Shown piece by piece: positions 31,279-41,098 of a stretch of 64,000 nucleotides of DNA. Under the pieces are notes generated by a model. That model saw only the letters and a list, made by a program, of their open reading frames with translations, made no database searches and was not told the origin of the DNA. The stretch spans positions 32,242 to 96,241 of the forward strand of contig JBBIOV010000002.1 of assembly GCA_037443185.1 (NCBI GenBank). Direction: 5' to 3'. Made by a program: the position numbers and the translations under genes. Numbering within the stretch: the first letter of the stretch is position 1; each line of letters starts with the position of its first letter. The stretch comes from a bacterium. GTDB lineage: Bacteria; Patescibacteriota; Minisyncoccia; 2-01-FULL-47-10; JBBIMT01.

Positions 31279-31878
31279 TTATCTATAGTATACATAATAT
31301 GTTCCTCTATCATGCGGAATAATTCTTTGAAGGCGCTTCCCAACAGGGAGAGCGGATACTTTGGACCACTTATTATTACGCCAATGATATACTTTGTTAC
31401 TTTTATCAACAAAATAATAATAGAATTCACTTTTAATATTTTGAGCACAATAATATTTAACTAAACAGCCTCTCTTGTTATAGACAGGTCTTTTTATTAA
31501 ATTACCTGAGCAAGTTATAGGTTGAGGGGTAGGACAAGTAGATGATGAATTGCTAAATGTTTCATCTTTCTCTAAGCAATAATAAGAACGTACACATCCT
31601 GTTTTTTTGTCATAAACAGCAAACGGTTCTTTACCATCTTTACAAGAAGGTTTAAAAACAGAAGGACAAGTAGAGCAATATCTATCAACCAAACTTCGCG
31701 CTCGCGCCACTTCTGAAGCGCTGCCATTTTTTGAAATTATATTATAAAGCTCCTTATAATATTGACACTGATAATTCACTTGCGCTGTATCGGCAAATGA
31801 AAATTTTGGATGAGAAAAAAATAAAAAAATAAAATAAAATATGAAACTAAACTTCAAAAAAAAGAATATTTTTTTCAT
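31279..31878 (-). CDS. Secreted cysteine-rich protein with two 4-Cys repeats
   Basis: Signal peptide; CPSVFKPSC..GCVRSYYC and CPTPQPITC..GCLVKYYC. Confidence 0.75.
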   Translation of the reverse strand: MKKIFFFLKFSFIFYFIFLFFSHPKFSFADTAQVNYQCQYYKELYNIISKNGSASEVARARSLVDRYCSTCPSVFKPSCKDGKEPFAVYDKKTGCVRSYYCLEKDETFSNSSSTCPTPQPITCSGNLIKRPVYNKRGCLVKYYCAQNIKSEFYYYFVDKSNKVYHWRNNKWSKVSALPVGKRLQRIIPHDRGTYYVYYR

Positions 31879-32039
31879 AAGATTTTTTTTATTATTATTT
31901 TAATTATTAAAAGTGATTTACAATTTACTTTGATTATATATAATTTTACTTCTTTTTCATTTTAAAATCAAGTTTTTTACTAGATGCAATGTTGGATGTA
32001 CGATATCGCCGTTTGAAACCGGACATCGATAAGTCATAG

Positions 32040-34322
32040 TTATAATGTTAGACTATCCCCTTCTTTTAACTCCCCTGAGATTATCTTTTGCGCAATGATT
32101 GGTTCAACTTCGCTTTTTATCACTCTTTTTATTTCCCGCGCTCCCCACTCCGGCGAAAATCCTTTTTGAGCTAAATTTATAATAAAACTTTCTTTAAAAT
32201 TAATATTTATATTTCTATCTTCTTTTATTTTTTGGGCAAAATTTTTTAAAATCATCTTCGTTAAATTAATTATATCTTCTTGATTTAATGGCTTAAAAGC
32301 AATTACCGAATCAAAACGGTTCAAAAATTCTGGAGCAAAAATTTCTTTCTTTAAAAGATATTCTTTTAATTTAAAATAAAAAGAATCAAAAGCAAGCTGA
32401 CTAATATTTTCTCGGATAAATTCCGATGCGGCGTTGGAGGTGGCAATGATGATGTAATTATTGAAAAATATTTTCTCGCCTGCACTGTCTTTTAAATACC
32501 CTTCGTCCAACATCTGAAGCAGGGCGTTTTTAACATTTAAATGGGCTTTTTCGATTTCATCGAGCAAAAGCACTCCTTGAGCGTTTTTTTTGATATAAGC
32601 GATAAAAGAATTAGCGCCTTCTTCTTTGTTTATCAGTCTTAATATCGCGCCAGCGTCTGAATATTCATTCATATCAAGACGCACCAAAAAATCTTCTGAC
32701 TCAAAAAACACTTTGGCGATTACTTTGGCGGAAGTTGTCTTGCCAACGCCAGTAGGGCCTAAAAACAAAAAAGAAGCAATCGGTCTTTTTGCCTCCGAAA
32801 GCCCCAACCGCGCGCTTTTTAAAGCGGCAGATATCTTTTCAATGGCTTCTTCTTGATCCACCATTTCTTTATGAAATAAATCTTTGATGTTTAATAATTT
32901 TTGTTTTTCTTCATATTTTAATTGCCCCAAAGATATATTAAAACGGAAGGAGAAAAATTCTTCAATTTCTTTCTCACCAATTGTTAAATTGCTAACACAA
33001 TAAGATACCGCCTCGTTTAAATAATTAATTGATCTTTGAGGTTCATTTAAATAAGGATCAAATTTTTCCGCCAGTATCAAAATTTTCTTCAGTCCTAAAA
33101 TTGAAATTTTTATTTTTCTGTCCCAAGCAAAATCCATTAAAACAGATAGTACTTCTTCTTTTTTAGGCGGTCGAATAAAAATTTTATCGACTTTTGATGA
33201 AAAATCTTTGTTTTTTGACAAGATCTCTTCAAATTTCTCTAAATCAGCGGAAGCCACCGCCACGAAATTTTTTATTCCAATAAATTCATTTAAAACTTCA
33301 ATAATTTCAGGAGTTTTATCAAGAGCTGTAATAAATAAAAAAATATTGCCAGCTAAGATAGCTTCTTCTAAAACTTTATTGGCAACTTTTTTGATAAGAT
33401 TTTCCTCCGCAAATTTTGCCTTGAAATATTCATTTTGAAATTCTAAAACTCTCCTATAATTTAAATACTTACTTAACTTTCCTGTTTGAATGCTTTTAGC
33501 TAAAGTTAAAATAGTGCCCCGGCGGCCACTTCCTACCTGACCAAGCAAAACAGGCAGCCTCCCATTGTGAATAGCCACTACTATTTGTTGGATAAGTTCT
33601 TGATGTAAAATTTCGTGCCAATTTTGTGTGTCTTTTTTTGAGACTTCTTTTGTAAAATTATCAAGCAGTGGCGTATACCCAGCACTCCAACTTAAACCTA
33701 TCGGACTTAATGAAAAAAGGTCAATCTTTTGATATTTTTTTTCCCTATCAAGCCAATTAATAATAAGCTCTACATCGCGAAGTGATATTTTGGCTTGATT
33801 CAAAATATTTAAAAAATCACTACTTCGCTTAATAATTAAAAATAAAACATCCATCGGTCCTATAATTTTTTTTTGTGATACTAAAGCACATTCATTGAAA
33901 AAATTATATAACTCTTGAGCACTGAGCGTTTCTTGAGGAAGAGCTAATTGATTTTTAATAATACTTGTATTTAAATCAATTTTTTCAAAAAAAACTTTCA
34001 CCTCGTGATTATTGAGCAAATTTTCGTAAATTTCAGATATAGAAAAAGTTCTACAACTGGCCAAAGATTGCGCCAACGAAAAATCAATCTGAAACTGTCC
34101 ATTTTTTGTTTTAGAAAAACGCCTGCTATAAAAATATATTTCCAAAACAAATAAAATGATAAAAAAAACAAGAGATAATTTGTAAAATTTATTTTGCAAG
34201 ATAAATAAGATTACTGAAATTAAATACAACACAAAGACAAAAAAAATCCTTAAAAAAGAGGGAATTTTTTTATCTAATTTAGCTTGCAAAAATTGAGGAT
34301 AATTTAATAAAAAGTCAGGCAT
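32040..34322 (-). CDS. Membrane-anchored ClpA/B-like AAA+ ATPase, degenerate first AAA domain
   Basis: Two N-terminal TM helices. D2 has FLGPTGVGKT, RLDMNEY, LLDEIEKA, PEFLNRFD, GAREIKR. D1 has GQVGSGRR and LFITALD. Confidence 0.88.
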   Translation of the reverse strand: MPDFLLNYPQFLQAKLDKKIPSFLRIFFVFVLYLISVILFILQNKFYKLSLVFFIILFVLEIYFYSRRFSKTKNGQFQIDFSLAQSLASCRTFSISEIYENLLNNHEVKVFFEKIDLNTSIIKNQLALPQETLSAQELYNFFNECALVSQKKIIGPMDVLFLIIKRSSDFLNILNQAKISLRDVELIINWLDREKKYQKIDLFSLSPIGLSWSAGYTPLLDNFTKEVSKKDTQNWHEILHQELIQQIVVAIHNGRLPVLLGQVGSGRRGTILTLAKSIQTGKLSKYLNYRRVLEFQNEYFKAKFAEENLIKKVANKVLEEAILAGNIFLFITALDKTPEIIEVLNEFIGIKNFVAVASADLEKFEEILSKNKDFSSKVDKIFIRPPKKEEVLSVLMDFAWDRKIKISILGLKKILILAEKFDPYLNEPQRSINYLNEAVSYCVSNLTIGEKEIEEFFSFRFNISLGQLKYEEKQKLLNIKDLFHKEMVDQEEAIEKISAALKSARLGLSEAKRPIASFLFLGPTGVGKTTSAKVIAKVFFESEDFLVRLDMNEYSDAGAILRLINKEEGANSFIAYIKKNAQGVLLLDEIEKAHLNVKNALLQMLDEGYLKDSAGEKIFFNNYIIIATSNAASEFIRENISQLAFDSFYFKLKEYLLKKEIFAPEFLNRFDSVIAFKPLNQEDIINLTKMILKNFAQKIKEDRNININFKESFIINLAQKGFSPEWGAREIKRVIKSEVEPIIAQKIISGELKEGDSLTL

Positions 34323-34360
34323 ACTATCCTGATAAAAATATTGCTAAAAAATAGAAATTG

Positions 34361-34723
34361 TTAAATAAAAAATAACGAAACCAAAAAATAAATAACTAAA
34401 ATAGGCAAGCAAAACCACAATAAAATTGCCCCCAGCCCTAAAAATAAAGCTAACAAAAAAAGTAAAAGTGTCCAAACAATTATTATAAGCCTCAAAAAAA
34501 ATCCCACAATCCTAGAAGTGCCATTTAGCGCTAAAGTGTAAAAGAAAACACTAGCTTGAAAACCTCTGCCATAAGAAATGCTTATGTGTTTCCATGGCAA
34601 AAACAAATGTCGTAGGTGAATAAAAAATCCAAAAAAATATAAAATAAATTTTAAAATTTTAATAAAAAAATCAACTAAAAATTTAGGCGCATCTTGAAAA
34701 TACCAAAAGAAAAAATTCCTCAT
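34361..34723 (-). CDS. Small membrane protein upstream of the Clp-like ATPase
   Basis: Hydrophobic, with W..DAP, LFLPWK, SRIVGFFLR motifs; same strand, 38-nt gap. Confidence 0.75.
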   Translation of the reverse strand: MRNFFFWYFQDAPKFLVDFFIKILKFILYFFGFFIHLRHLFLPWKHISISYGRGFQASVFFYTLALNGTSRIVGFFLRLIIIVWTLLLFLLALFLGLGAILLWFCLPILVIYFLVSLFFI

Positions 34724-34939
34724 ACAAAAATTAAACTACAAATTTATAAATAATTTAAAAGTCTAATAATTTAACAACAACAATTAGTTATTTATTGATT
34801 TTAAAAATTTTTTCTTTTTTGACTTATTAAAATTATACAACAAAAAAAATTTTTAGGGTATAATATAATTACTATCAAGGTTGAACTTTAACTTAATTTT
34901 AAAATTGAAATCGTCTAAAATTTTTTAATTAAAAATTTT

Positions 34940-36334
34940 ATGCTCAATACCAATATTTTTAAAACTTATGATGTGAGGGGTATTTATCCGCAAGAAATAA
35001 ATGAAGAAACTGTATATTTAATTTCGCGAGCTTTTGTTAAATGGTTAAAAAGTATATCCCCTGCTGAAAATTTTACAATCGCCGTAGGTTATGATATGCG
35101 GCTATCCTCTGAGGCTCTTTTTAAGTCTGTTTTAAATGGTTTAAATCAAGAAAATGCTAAAATTTTGTCAGTTGGATTTGCCCCCACCCCACTTGTTGGA
35201 TTTACAGTAGCTCAACAAAAATGCGATGCTGGGATTGTAATATCAGCGTCGCATAATCCATCGGAATACAATGCCCTAAAATTATTAAAAAAAGAAGTAG
35301 GCGGAATAATGCAAATAGGCAAAACTCAAGGTTTAATAGGAATTCAAAAAATCACTGCAAAATTAGATACTTGCAATGGAACCCCAGTTGACATCACTCA
35401 ATTTGCGGAACATACTGAAGAATTTAAAAAAAATTATATCAAATATATTGCTTCTAAATTTAAACTCCAAAAAGCAATAAAAATTGTTTGTGATTACGGC
35501 AATGGAATGGGCGGCGTTTTAATGCCAAAAATTTTAGAAATATTTAAAAATGTAAATGCTACCCATCTTTTTTCTAAGCCTGACGGATCTTTTCCAAATC
35601 ATGAACCAAATCCTCATAACAAAGAAAATTTTAATATTTTGAAAGAAAAAGTAAAAAAAAATAATGCTGATATTGGACTATTTTTTGACGGTGATTGTGA
35701 TCGGGTTTTTTTTGTTGACGAAAATGGTGAAATAATTGGGGCTGATTTAATTATCGCTTTACTAGCTGAATATGAATTAGAGAAAAATCCTACTGAAAAA
35801 AAAGTTTATTATGATCTCCGCGCCAGCCGTATTTTAAAAGAAATTTTAGAAAAAAAAGGAGCAGAAGCTATTAAAATGCCTACCGGCAATCCTTTAATAA
35901 AGGAAAAATTAATTTTTAATGGCGGTCTTTTAGGAGGAGAAATTTCAGGCCATATAATGTTTAAGGATCACTTTTGTTTAGATGATGGATTTTATGCAGC
36001 GTTTAAAGTATTGGAAATTATAGATAAAAAAAATAAACTATTATCCGAGCTTATAAAGCCTTATCAAAAATATTTCAAAATTCACGAAATTAATATTCCT
36101 TTAAAAGAAAATCCTGAAAAAATTTTAAAAATATTGGCCCAAAAATTTAAATCTTTATATCCTCAAGCAAAATTTGAATATTTAGACGGAATCACTATTG
36201 AATTTCCTGATTGGTGGGGCAATATTCGTGCTTCAAACACTGAAAATTTACTTCGTCTGAATATTGAAGCTTCTTCAGAAGAACTATTGCATAAAACCTC
36301 TAACGAAATGCTCTCTATTATAAAAGCAGTTTGA
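34940..36334 (+). CDS. Phosphomannomutase/phosphoglucomutase
   Basis: FKTYDVRG, SASHNP phospho-Ser, FDGDCDR, GEISGH, RASNTE. Confidence 0.96.
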   Translation: MLNTNIFKTYDVRGIYPQEINEETVYLISRAFVKWLKSISPAENFTIAVGYDMRLSSEALFKSVLNGLNQENAKILSVGFAPTPLVGFTVAQQKCDAGIVISASHNPSEYNALKLLKKEVGGIMQIGKTQGLIGIQKITAKLDTCNGTPVDITQFAEHTEEFKKNYIKYIASKFKLQKAIKIVCDYGNGMGGVLMPKILEIFKNVNATHLFSKPDGSFPNHEPNPHNKENFNILKEKVKKNNADIGLFFDGDCDRVFFVDENGEIIGADLIIALLAEYELEKNPTEKKVYYDLRASRILKEILEKKGAEAIKMPTGNPLIKEKLIFNGGLLGGEISGHIMFKDHFCLDDGFYAAFKVLEIIDKKNKLLSELIKPYQKYFKIHEINIPLKENPEKILKILAQKFKSLYPQAKFEYLDGITIEFPDWWGNIRASNTENLLRLNIEASSEELLHKTSNEMLSIIKAV

Positions 36335-36664
36335 GTCCTTTTTAAACATTGAATCTTTTTTAAACTTTTTATAATATATTTTTTAATTTTATCTTTAGCG
36401 CTTTTATAGATATTTTATTATTGACATATAAAAGTCAGTTATAAACTTAAAAGTTTTTTTTGGTGTCTTTAAGACAATTTTTCACTCAAAAATATTTTTT
36501 AAAGAAAAATTTAAAAAACGTTTTTCAAAAATATTAACAGATAAAATTTTTTTTAATAAAAAATCTTAAAAATCTTTTGCCTTGAAAAAAATAAAGAAAT
36601 CTGAAAGTTAAAAAAATTTTTAAAATAAAAGGACAAGCTTTAAAATAAATTTTTAAGGATGCCT

Positions 36665-36736
36665 TGGACTGTGCAGGAATTGAACCTGCAACCTCTCGTG
36701 TGTGAAACGAGTGTTCTGCCATTGAACTAACAGTCC
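36665..36736 (-). tRNA. tRNA-Val(CAC)
   Basis: GGACTGT/ACAGTCC acceptor, CTCGT-TTCACAC-ACGAG anticodon arm, GGTTCAATTCC; CCA not encoded. Confidence 0.92.
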
Positions 36737-36764
36737 TTTTAAACTGGGCAATTAAGACTTTTTC

Positions 36765-37547
36765 TTAAAGCTCAAATTTGAGTTCGTTAATTAATGTGCG
36801 GTGGGCGTTTTTAAAAACATTACGAATAAATCTATCGTAAATATTATAGCGGTAAGTAAATTCCGAAGTATCCATAAATGTGTAATTTAATGGCTTGCCT
36901 ACTTCAGCCTCTAATTTTTTCATAAATTCTTCAAACTTCCCTCTATCCAAATCATCGACCACTAAAAAAAAGTCTACCGGGCAATTCGAAGCATTCAAAA
37001 ACGCACCAGAAATAACTGCTAACCTCACTCTACCAAAATTTTTTAATTCGCTGACTACCTCTTTTTCAGAAATAGGATTAGTTTTTAAAACTAATGTGCT
37101 TAATTCCTTGTAAAGAGGAAAAAATCGGTTTACAATAAAAAGCCGTCCTTCAGGCTCATCTTCTGTTTTTTCAAGCTTTTGATTTTTGATATGATCTGGA
37201 CTTAAAGGTAAAGCAGTTGGTACTTCTGGTAAAATTTTTAAGCTATCTGAACTTGAATTTTGGGTTATAGTTTCTTCTTGGTTTTGCATTTTATTATCAC
37301 TGGTTTCTTTTTTTTCTTCTTTTTTGTCTTTATTTCTTGAGTCATCTTGAATTTTTACAAGTCCTATCCGATATAAATCTTTCATATAGCTGTGCGTTGT
37401 GTTATAATTGGACTGAATACGCCTTGCAATTTCACCAATTCTAAAAGCTTCTTGAGGATGATGAAAAAGAAATTTTAAAAGACGAGCCTTCACTTTAGAA
37501 CCAAATAATTCACCTAAGATATCAATAGTGGTAAGATTGTTATTCAT
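36765..37547 (-). CDS. Winged-helix protein fused to a nucleotidyltransferase-like domain
   Basis: LFGSKVKARLL..EIARR HTH; C-terminal LAVISGAF..VDFFLVVD..LNYT Pol-beta-like fold. Confidence 0.7.
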   Translation of the reverse strand: MNNNLTTIDILGELFGSKVKARLLKFLFHHPQEAFRIGEIARRIQSNYNTTHSYMKDLYRIGLVKIQDDSRNKDKKEEKKETSDNKMQNQEETITQNSSSDSLKILPEVPTALPLSPDHIKNQKLEKTEDEPEGRLFIVNRFFPLYKELSTLVLKTNPISEKEVVSELKNFGRVRLAVISGAFLNASNCPVDFFLVVDDLDRGKFEEFMKKLEAEVGKPLNYTFMDTSEFTYRYNIYDRFIRNVFKNAHRTLINELKFEL

Positions 37548-37662
37548 AACTTAAAATAAATAATACTTATTCAAACTTAAAAAATCATAATATTTTGCAA
37601 CTAATAAAAGTTTTACGTCTTTGTGGTAAAATTCATTTTTATCTTAACTGAAAAATTTAAAA

Positions 37663-39495
37663 ATGCAACATTTACAAACTATAAGTCAGAAATTCGTTAT
37701 TGAAGGCCAAAATCAGGCAGAAATTTTTATTTATCATCCCTTGCAAGAAAATCAACAAAGGCTTGGTAATTTATATATTATAGGCGAGGTTGAAACTTTT
37801 GGGCACAAAGAAGAATCAAGAATAATTTTATTAAATGCTTTAGCGTCAGTAATCAAGAAAACTTATTATTCTTTCACCGATCCCCCTGATATCGTTAAGG
37901 CATTTGAATTTACTTTAAAAAAAGCTTCTATTCATTTTAAAAACACCTTAAAGAATTTTAAGGGATCACTCCATCTTCTAATAATCGTTATTTCTGCTAA
38001 CCGAATATTTTTTGCTAAAACTGGCAAAGCAAATATTTGGCTTATTCGCGGGGGCAAATGGACTTTAATTTCTCAACTGGCTTCAAATCATAAAAAAAAC
38101 CATACAGCTTTATTATTTAATCATATTTTTTCTGGTAAGATTTATCCGAACGATTCCTTTTTAGCAGTTACTCCTAAAATTATTCCTTATATTACCCAAG
38201 AATCTTTCAAAATTAAAGTTACTTCACTACCCTTTGAATCAACTATTTCTTTCTTGAAAAAAAATTTAAAAGAAATAGATCCCTCGTCATCAGCTGCTAT
38301 TTTAAAAATAGACATTAAAGAAGCTCAAACTTTGCTGAAAAATAAAAACATTTCTCAATATTTTCAAAATACAGCTAACAAAGAAACAAAACAAAACGGA
38401 TTAATCTTGACTGCTGAAAAACCGACTTTAAAAAATATAACCAATAGAGAAAAGGATTTTTTCAATCGACTCAGTTTATATTTTCATAAATATTTAAAGC
38501 CATATCAACATCGTTATAATCCTAGTCTTAAAATTGCTTATATTTTATTTGTTGTTGTGGTTATTTTAGGATTGATATACATTTCCCAAAAAAATGAAAC
38601 GCCCAAAGAAATTAATCAAAATTTTCCTATAAAAAATCCAGCTAAAAACAAAGAAGTTTCCCAATCTTCTTTCCAAAATTATCAAAATTTAATTAAGGAA
38701 GCACAATTTTTACAATTGGTTGATTTTTTAAAAAGCGGTTTTTCTTTTCAACCTCAAACTCTACTCCACACCGCCGATTCATTATTTTTGATTGACAACA
38801 ATTTGTTAATAAAGTTCGATATTTTAAAAAATCAATTATCTACAGCGTTTATTGATAATAATTTTAAAGATTATTTTTGGGGAGTGCAATTTCCTTTAAC
38901 TAACAACGCTTTTATAGTTTCATCAAATGCTCCATCTACCGTTTACCTTTTCAATGTATCAGATAAAAGTTTAAAGTCCTTTCAAGTAAAATTCCCCGAA
39001 AAAGATAATTCTATAAAAGATTTAGCGATATATAGTTCCAACTTGTATTTTTTAACTTCAAATGCACCATGGCTATACAAATCGCCGATTTCTATTTCTT
39101 TTGCATTAAGTAACCCCACTAAATGGCTCTCTGATTCCTCTTTTGAAATGACTAACGATCCTCTTTCATTGGCAATTGATTCTAACATTTATATTTTAGA
39201 TTCAAGCGGTAAAGTATTAAAATTTTATAAAGGAAAAAAAATTGATTCCTTTGACAATAAAACAGGAATAGAAATCGGTGTTGATGCAAAAATTTATACC
39301 GATTTAACGCTTCAAAATCTCTATATTGCTGATCCTGTAAATAGTCGCATAATCATTTTATCAAAAGATGGTAAAAAATTTAAACAAATTGCGCGCGATG
39401 AACTTAAAGGAACGCGCCTTATTTCAATTTCATCTGACGAAAAAACAATTTACGCGGCAAACTCAAGGGGGCTATTTAAAATAACTTTACCTTAA
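37663..39495 (+). CDS. Bitopic membrane protein: PP2C-like N-terminal fold, TM, NHL/beta-propeller C-terminus
   Basis: Central TM; LAIDSNIYILD, LYIADPVNSRIIILSKDG repeats. The N-terminal fold call is tentative. Confidence 0.65.
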   Translation: MQHLQTISQKFVIEGQNQAEIFIYHPLQENQQRLGNLYIIGEVETFGHKEESRIILLNALASVIKKTYYSFTDPPDIVKAFEFTLKKASIHFKNTLKNFKGSLHLLIIVISANRIFFAKTGKANIWLIRGGKWTLISQLASNHKKNHTALLFNHIFSGKIYPNDSFLAVTPKIIPYITQESFKIKVTSLPFESTISFLKKNLKEIDPSSSAAILKIDIKEAQTLLKNKNISQYFQNTANKETKQNGLILTAEKPTLKNITNREKDFFNRLSLYFHKYLKPYQHRYNPSLKIAYILFVVVVILGLIYISQKNETPKEINQNFPIKNPAKNKEVSQSSFQNYQNLIKEAQFLQLVDFLKSGFSFQPQTLLHTADSLFLIDNNLLIKFDILKNQLSTAFIDNNFKDYFWGVQFPLTNNAFIVSSNAPSTVYLFNVSDKSLKSFQVKFPEKDNSIKDLAIYSSNLYFLTSNAPWLYKSPISISFALSNPTKWLSDSSFEMTNDPLSLAIDSNIYILDSSGKVLKFYKGKKIDSFDNKTGIEIGVDAKIYTDLTLQNLYIADPVNSRIIILSKDGKKFKQIARDELKGTRLISISSDEKTIYAANSRGLFKITLP

Positions 39496-39546
39496 AGATT
39501 TCAATGGAAAATTAACAATATTTTTTATTTTTGCAAATTTAACAAC

Positions 39547-39589
39547 AAAAAGCCTTCTTGTTTAAATAATTACAATGAAGGCTTTTTGT
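39547..39589. terminator. Bidirectional terminator after rplL
   Basis: AAAAGCCTTC...GAAGGCTTTT between convergent genes. Confidence 0.7.
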
Positions 39590-39628
39590 TCTGGTCTAAC
39601 TTTTAGATCTAGGTCTTAAATCATAATT

Positions 39629-40027
39629 TTATTGTAGTTCTACTTTAGCGCCCACAGCCTCTAATTCTTTCTTCATTTTCTCAGCTTCTTCTTTTGGCAC
39701 ATTTTCTTTCAGAATCTGCGGTGGAGCTTCTACAATGTCTTTTGCTTCTTTTAGTCCCTTACCAGTAATATCTTTAACCAATTTAATTACTGCTATCTTT
39801 TGCGCTCCGGCTTCTTTTAAAATAACATTAAAAGAAGTTTTGGCTTCAGCTTGGGGAGCAGCTTGAGTTCCAGCCACTGGAGCAACAACGGTCATCACTG
39901 GTGCTTGAGCAGAAACACCAAACTTTTTTTCAAGTATTTTCACCAGTTCAGCTAAATCAACAACGCTCATTTTTTCTATTTCCTCAACGATTTTTTGGAA
40001 TTTTTCTGGAATCTTTACCTCTTCCAT
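39629..40027 (-). CDS. rplL: 50S ribosomal protein L7/L12
   Basis: [36 protein letters not shown]. Confidence 0.98.
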   Translation of the reverse strand: MEEVKIPEKFQKIVEEIEKMSVVDLAELVKILEKKFGVSAQAPVMTVVAPVAGTQAAPQAEAKTSFNVILKEAGAQKIAVIKLVKDITGKGLKEAKDIVEAPPQILKENVPKEEAEKMKKELEAVGAKVELQ

Positions 40028-40096
40028 ATTATTTTTTGCTTAACTGCTATCTTGTTATTTTGAAAAAATAACAAGCTAACAAGCTAGCAATTCAAA

Positions 40097-40606
40097 TTAC
40101 TTTTTATTTTTTAATAATTGGAGAAAATCTCTCATAGGAGTAGAAATTACAGAAACAAAATTTCTAGTAGGCGCTTGTAAAATGGAAAGTAGTTGCGCTA
40201 ATAATTCTTTTTGCGAAGGCAAATCGGCAATTTGCAAAACTTCGCTAGCGCTAATAAATCTGGCTTCTAAAATTCCGCCTAAAACAACTAAATTCTCTAC
40301 TTCTTTATCTTTAAACTGTTTTAAAATTTTTGCCCCCTGAGTCTGACCCTTTTCATCTGCAATCAAAGCGATTGAACCTTTGTATAAATCAAAATATTCT
40401 TTAATGCCTAATTTCGCTGCTGCTAATTTAAAAAGATTTTTCTTTGTTATTCTTAATTTTATTCCCTCTTTTTTTAAATTCTTTCTAAGCATCAAAAGTT
40501 TAGGCATTGACAAGCCTGAAAAATCAAAAAAAACTGTGCTTTTTGCTTTTTCAAGCATTTTTGTTAATTCTTCTACTATTTTCTTTTTTTGGTCTTTTGT
40601 TAACAT
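40097..40606 (-). CDS. rplJ: 50S ribosomal protein L10
   Basis: DFSGL, KKNLFKLA, GGILE, LPSQKELLAQL; upstream of rplL. Confidence 0.95.
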   Translation of the reverse strand: MLTKDQKKKIVEELTKMLEKAKSTVFFDFSGLSMPKLLMLRKNLKKEGIKLRITKKNLFKLAAAKLGIKEYFDLYKGSIALIADEKGQTQGAKILKQFKDKEVENLVVLGGILEARFISASEVLQIADLPSQKELLAQLLSILQAPTRNFVSVISTPMRDFLQLLKNKK

Positions 40607-40679
40607 AATATTTTCTGCATTTTTTCAAGTTGCAAGATTTTTAAAAACAGATAATTACTTGTTTAAAATAAAATAAAAA

Positions 40680-40832
40680 AAATAAAAAAATCCGCGTTAA
40701 ACCGCAGACAAAAATACTAAATATTATCTACATCATTACTGAATACTCATCTATTCCTGCGCGGGACTTATAGGAAGATATTTGGAAATATTTAGATTTC
40801 AAAATATCCAGCTGCCCGCGGTCTGCGGAATA
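40680..40832 (-). promoter_or_regulatory. L10 leader (ribosomal protein autoregulatory RNA) with terminator
   Basis: CCGCAGAC/GTCTGCGG outer stem and CGCGGG/CCCGCG inner stem followed by CAGG; alternative TCTGCG/CGCGGA hairpin plus U-tract upstream of rplJ. Confidence 0.8.
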
Positions 40833-41004
40833 TAATACTATAATAAAATAATTTTTGTTAAAATAAGTTTAATATTTTCATTTTAAAAAGTCAAGTTTTC
40901 AAATTATTTTTATTTACAAAAAAAATATTAAGACAAAAATAAAAAATGTCAGGTTTTTAAATAAAAATATTGTGTTTGTGATATCGTAAAACTTAAAATA
41001 AAAA

Positions 41005-41043
41005 ATGCCCAGCGATGGTTATTGTATAACCAAAGCTGGGCAT
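41005..41043 (-). terminator. Intrinsic terminator of the Gre-like operon
   Basis: ATGCCCAGC/GCTGGGCAT plus inner TGGTTAT/ATAACCA, followed by a U-tract on the minus strand. Confidence 0.82.
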
Positions 41044-41098
41044 ACTACTTCCTCTTAAAGAGGGTGGTGGTGAGGAGATGGAAGATCAGCGACGCTTG

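Noticed and set aside
17785-32115. GAAGTTGAA-type matches in ftsZ (KPEVES) and clp (SEVEP) as palindromic elements
   Set aside because: Explained by ordinary coding of conserved protein regions; flanks are not palindromic.
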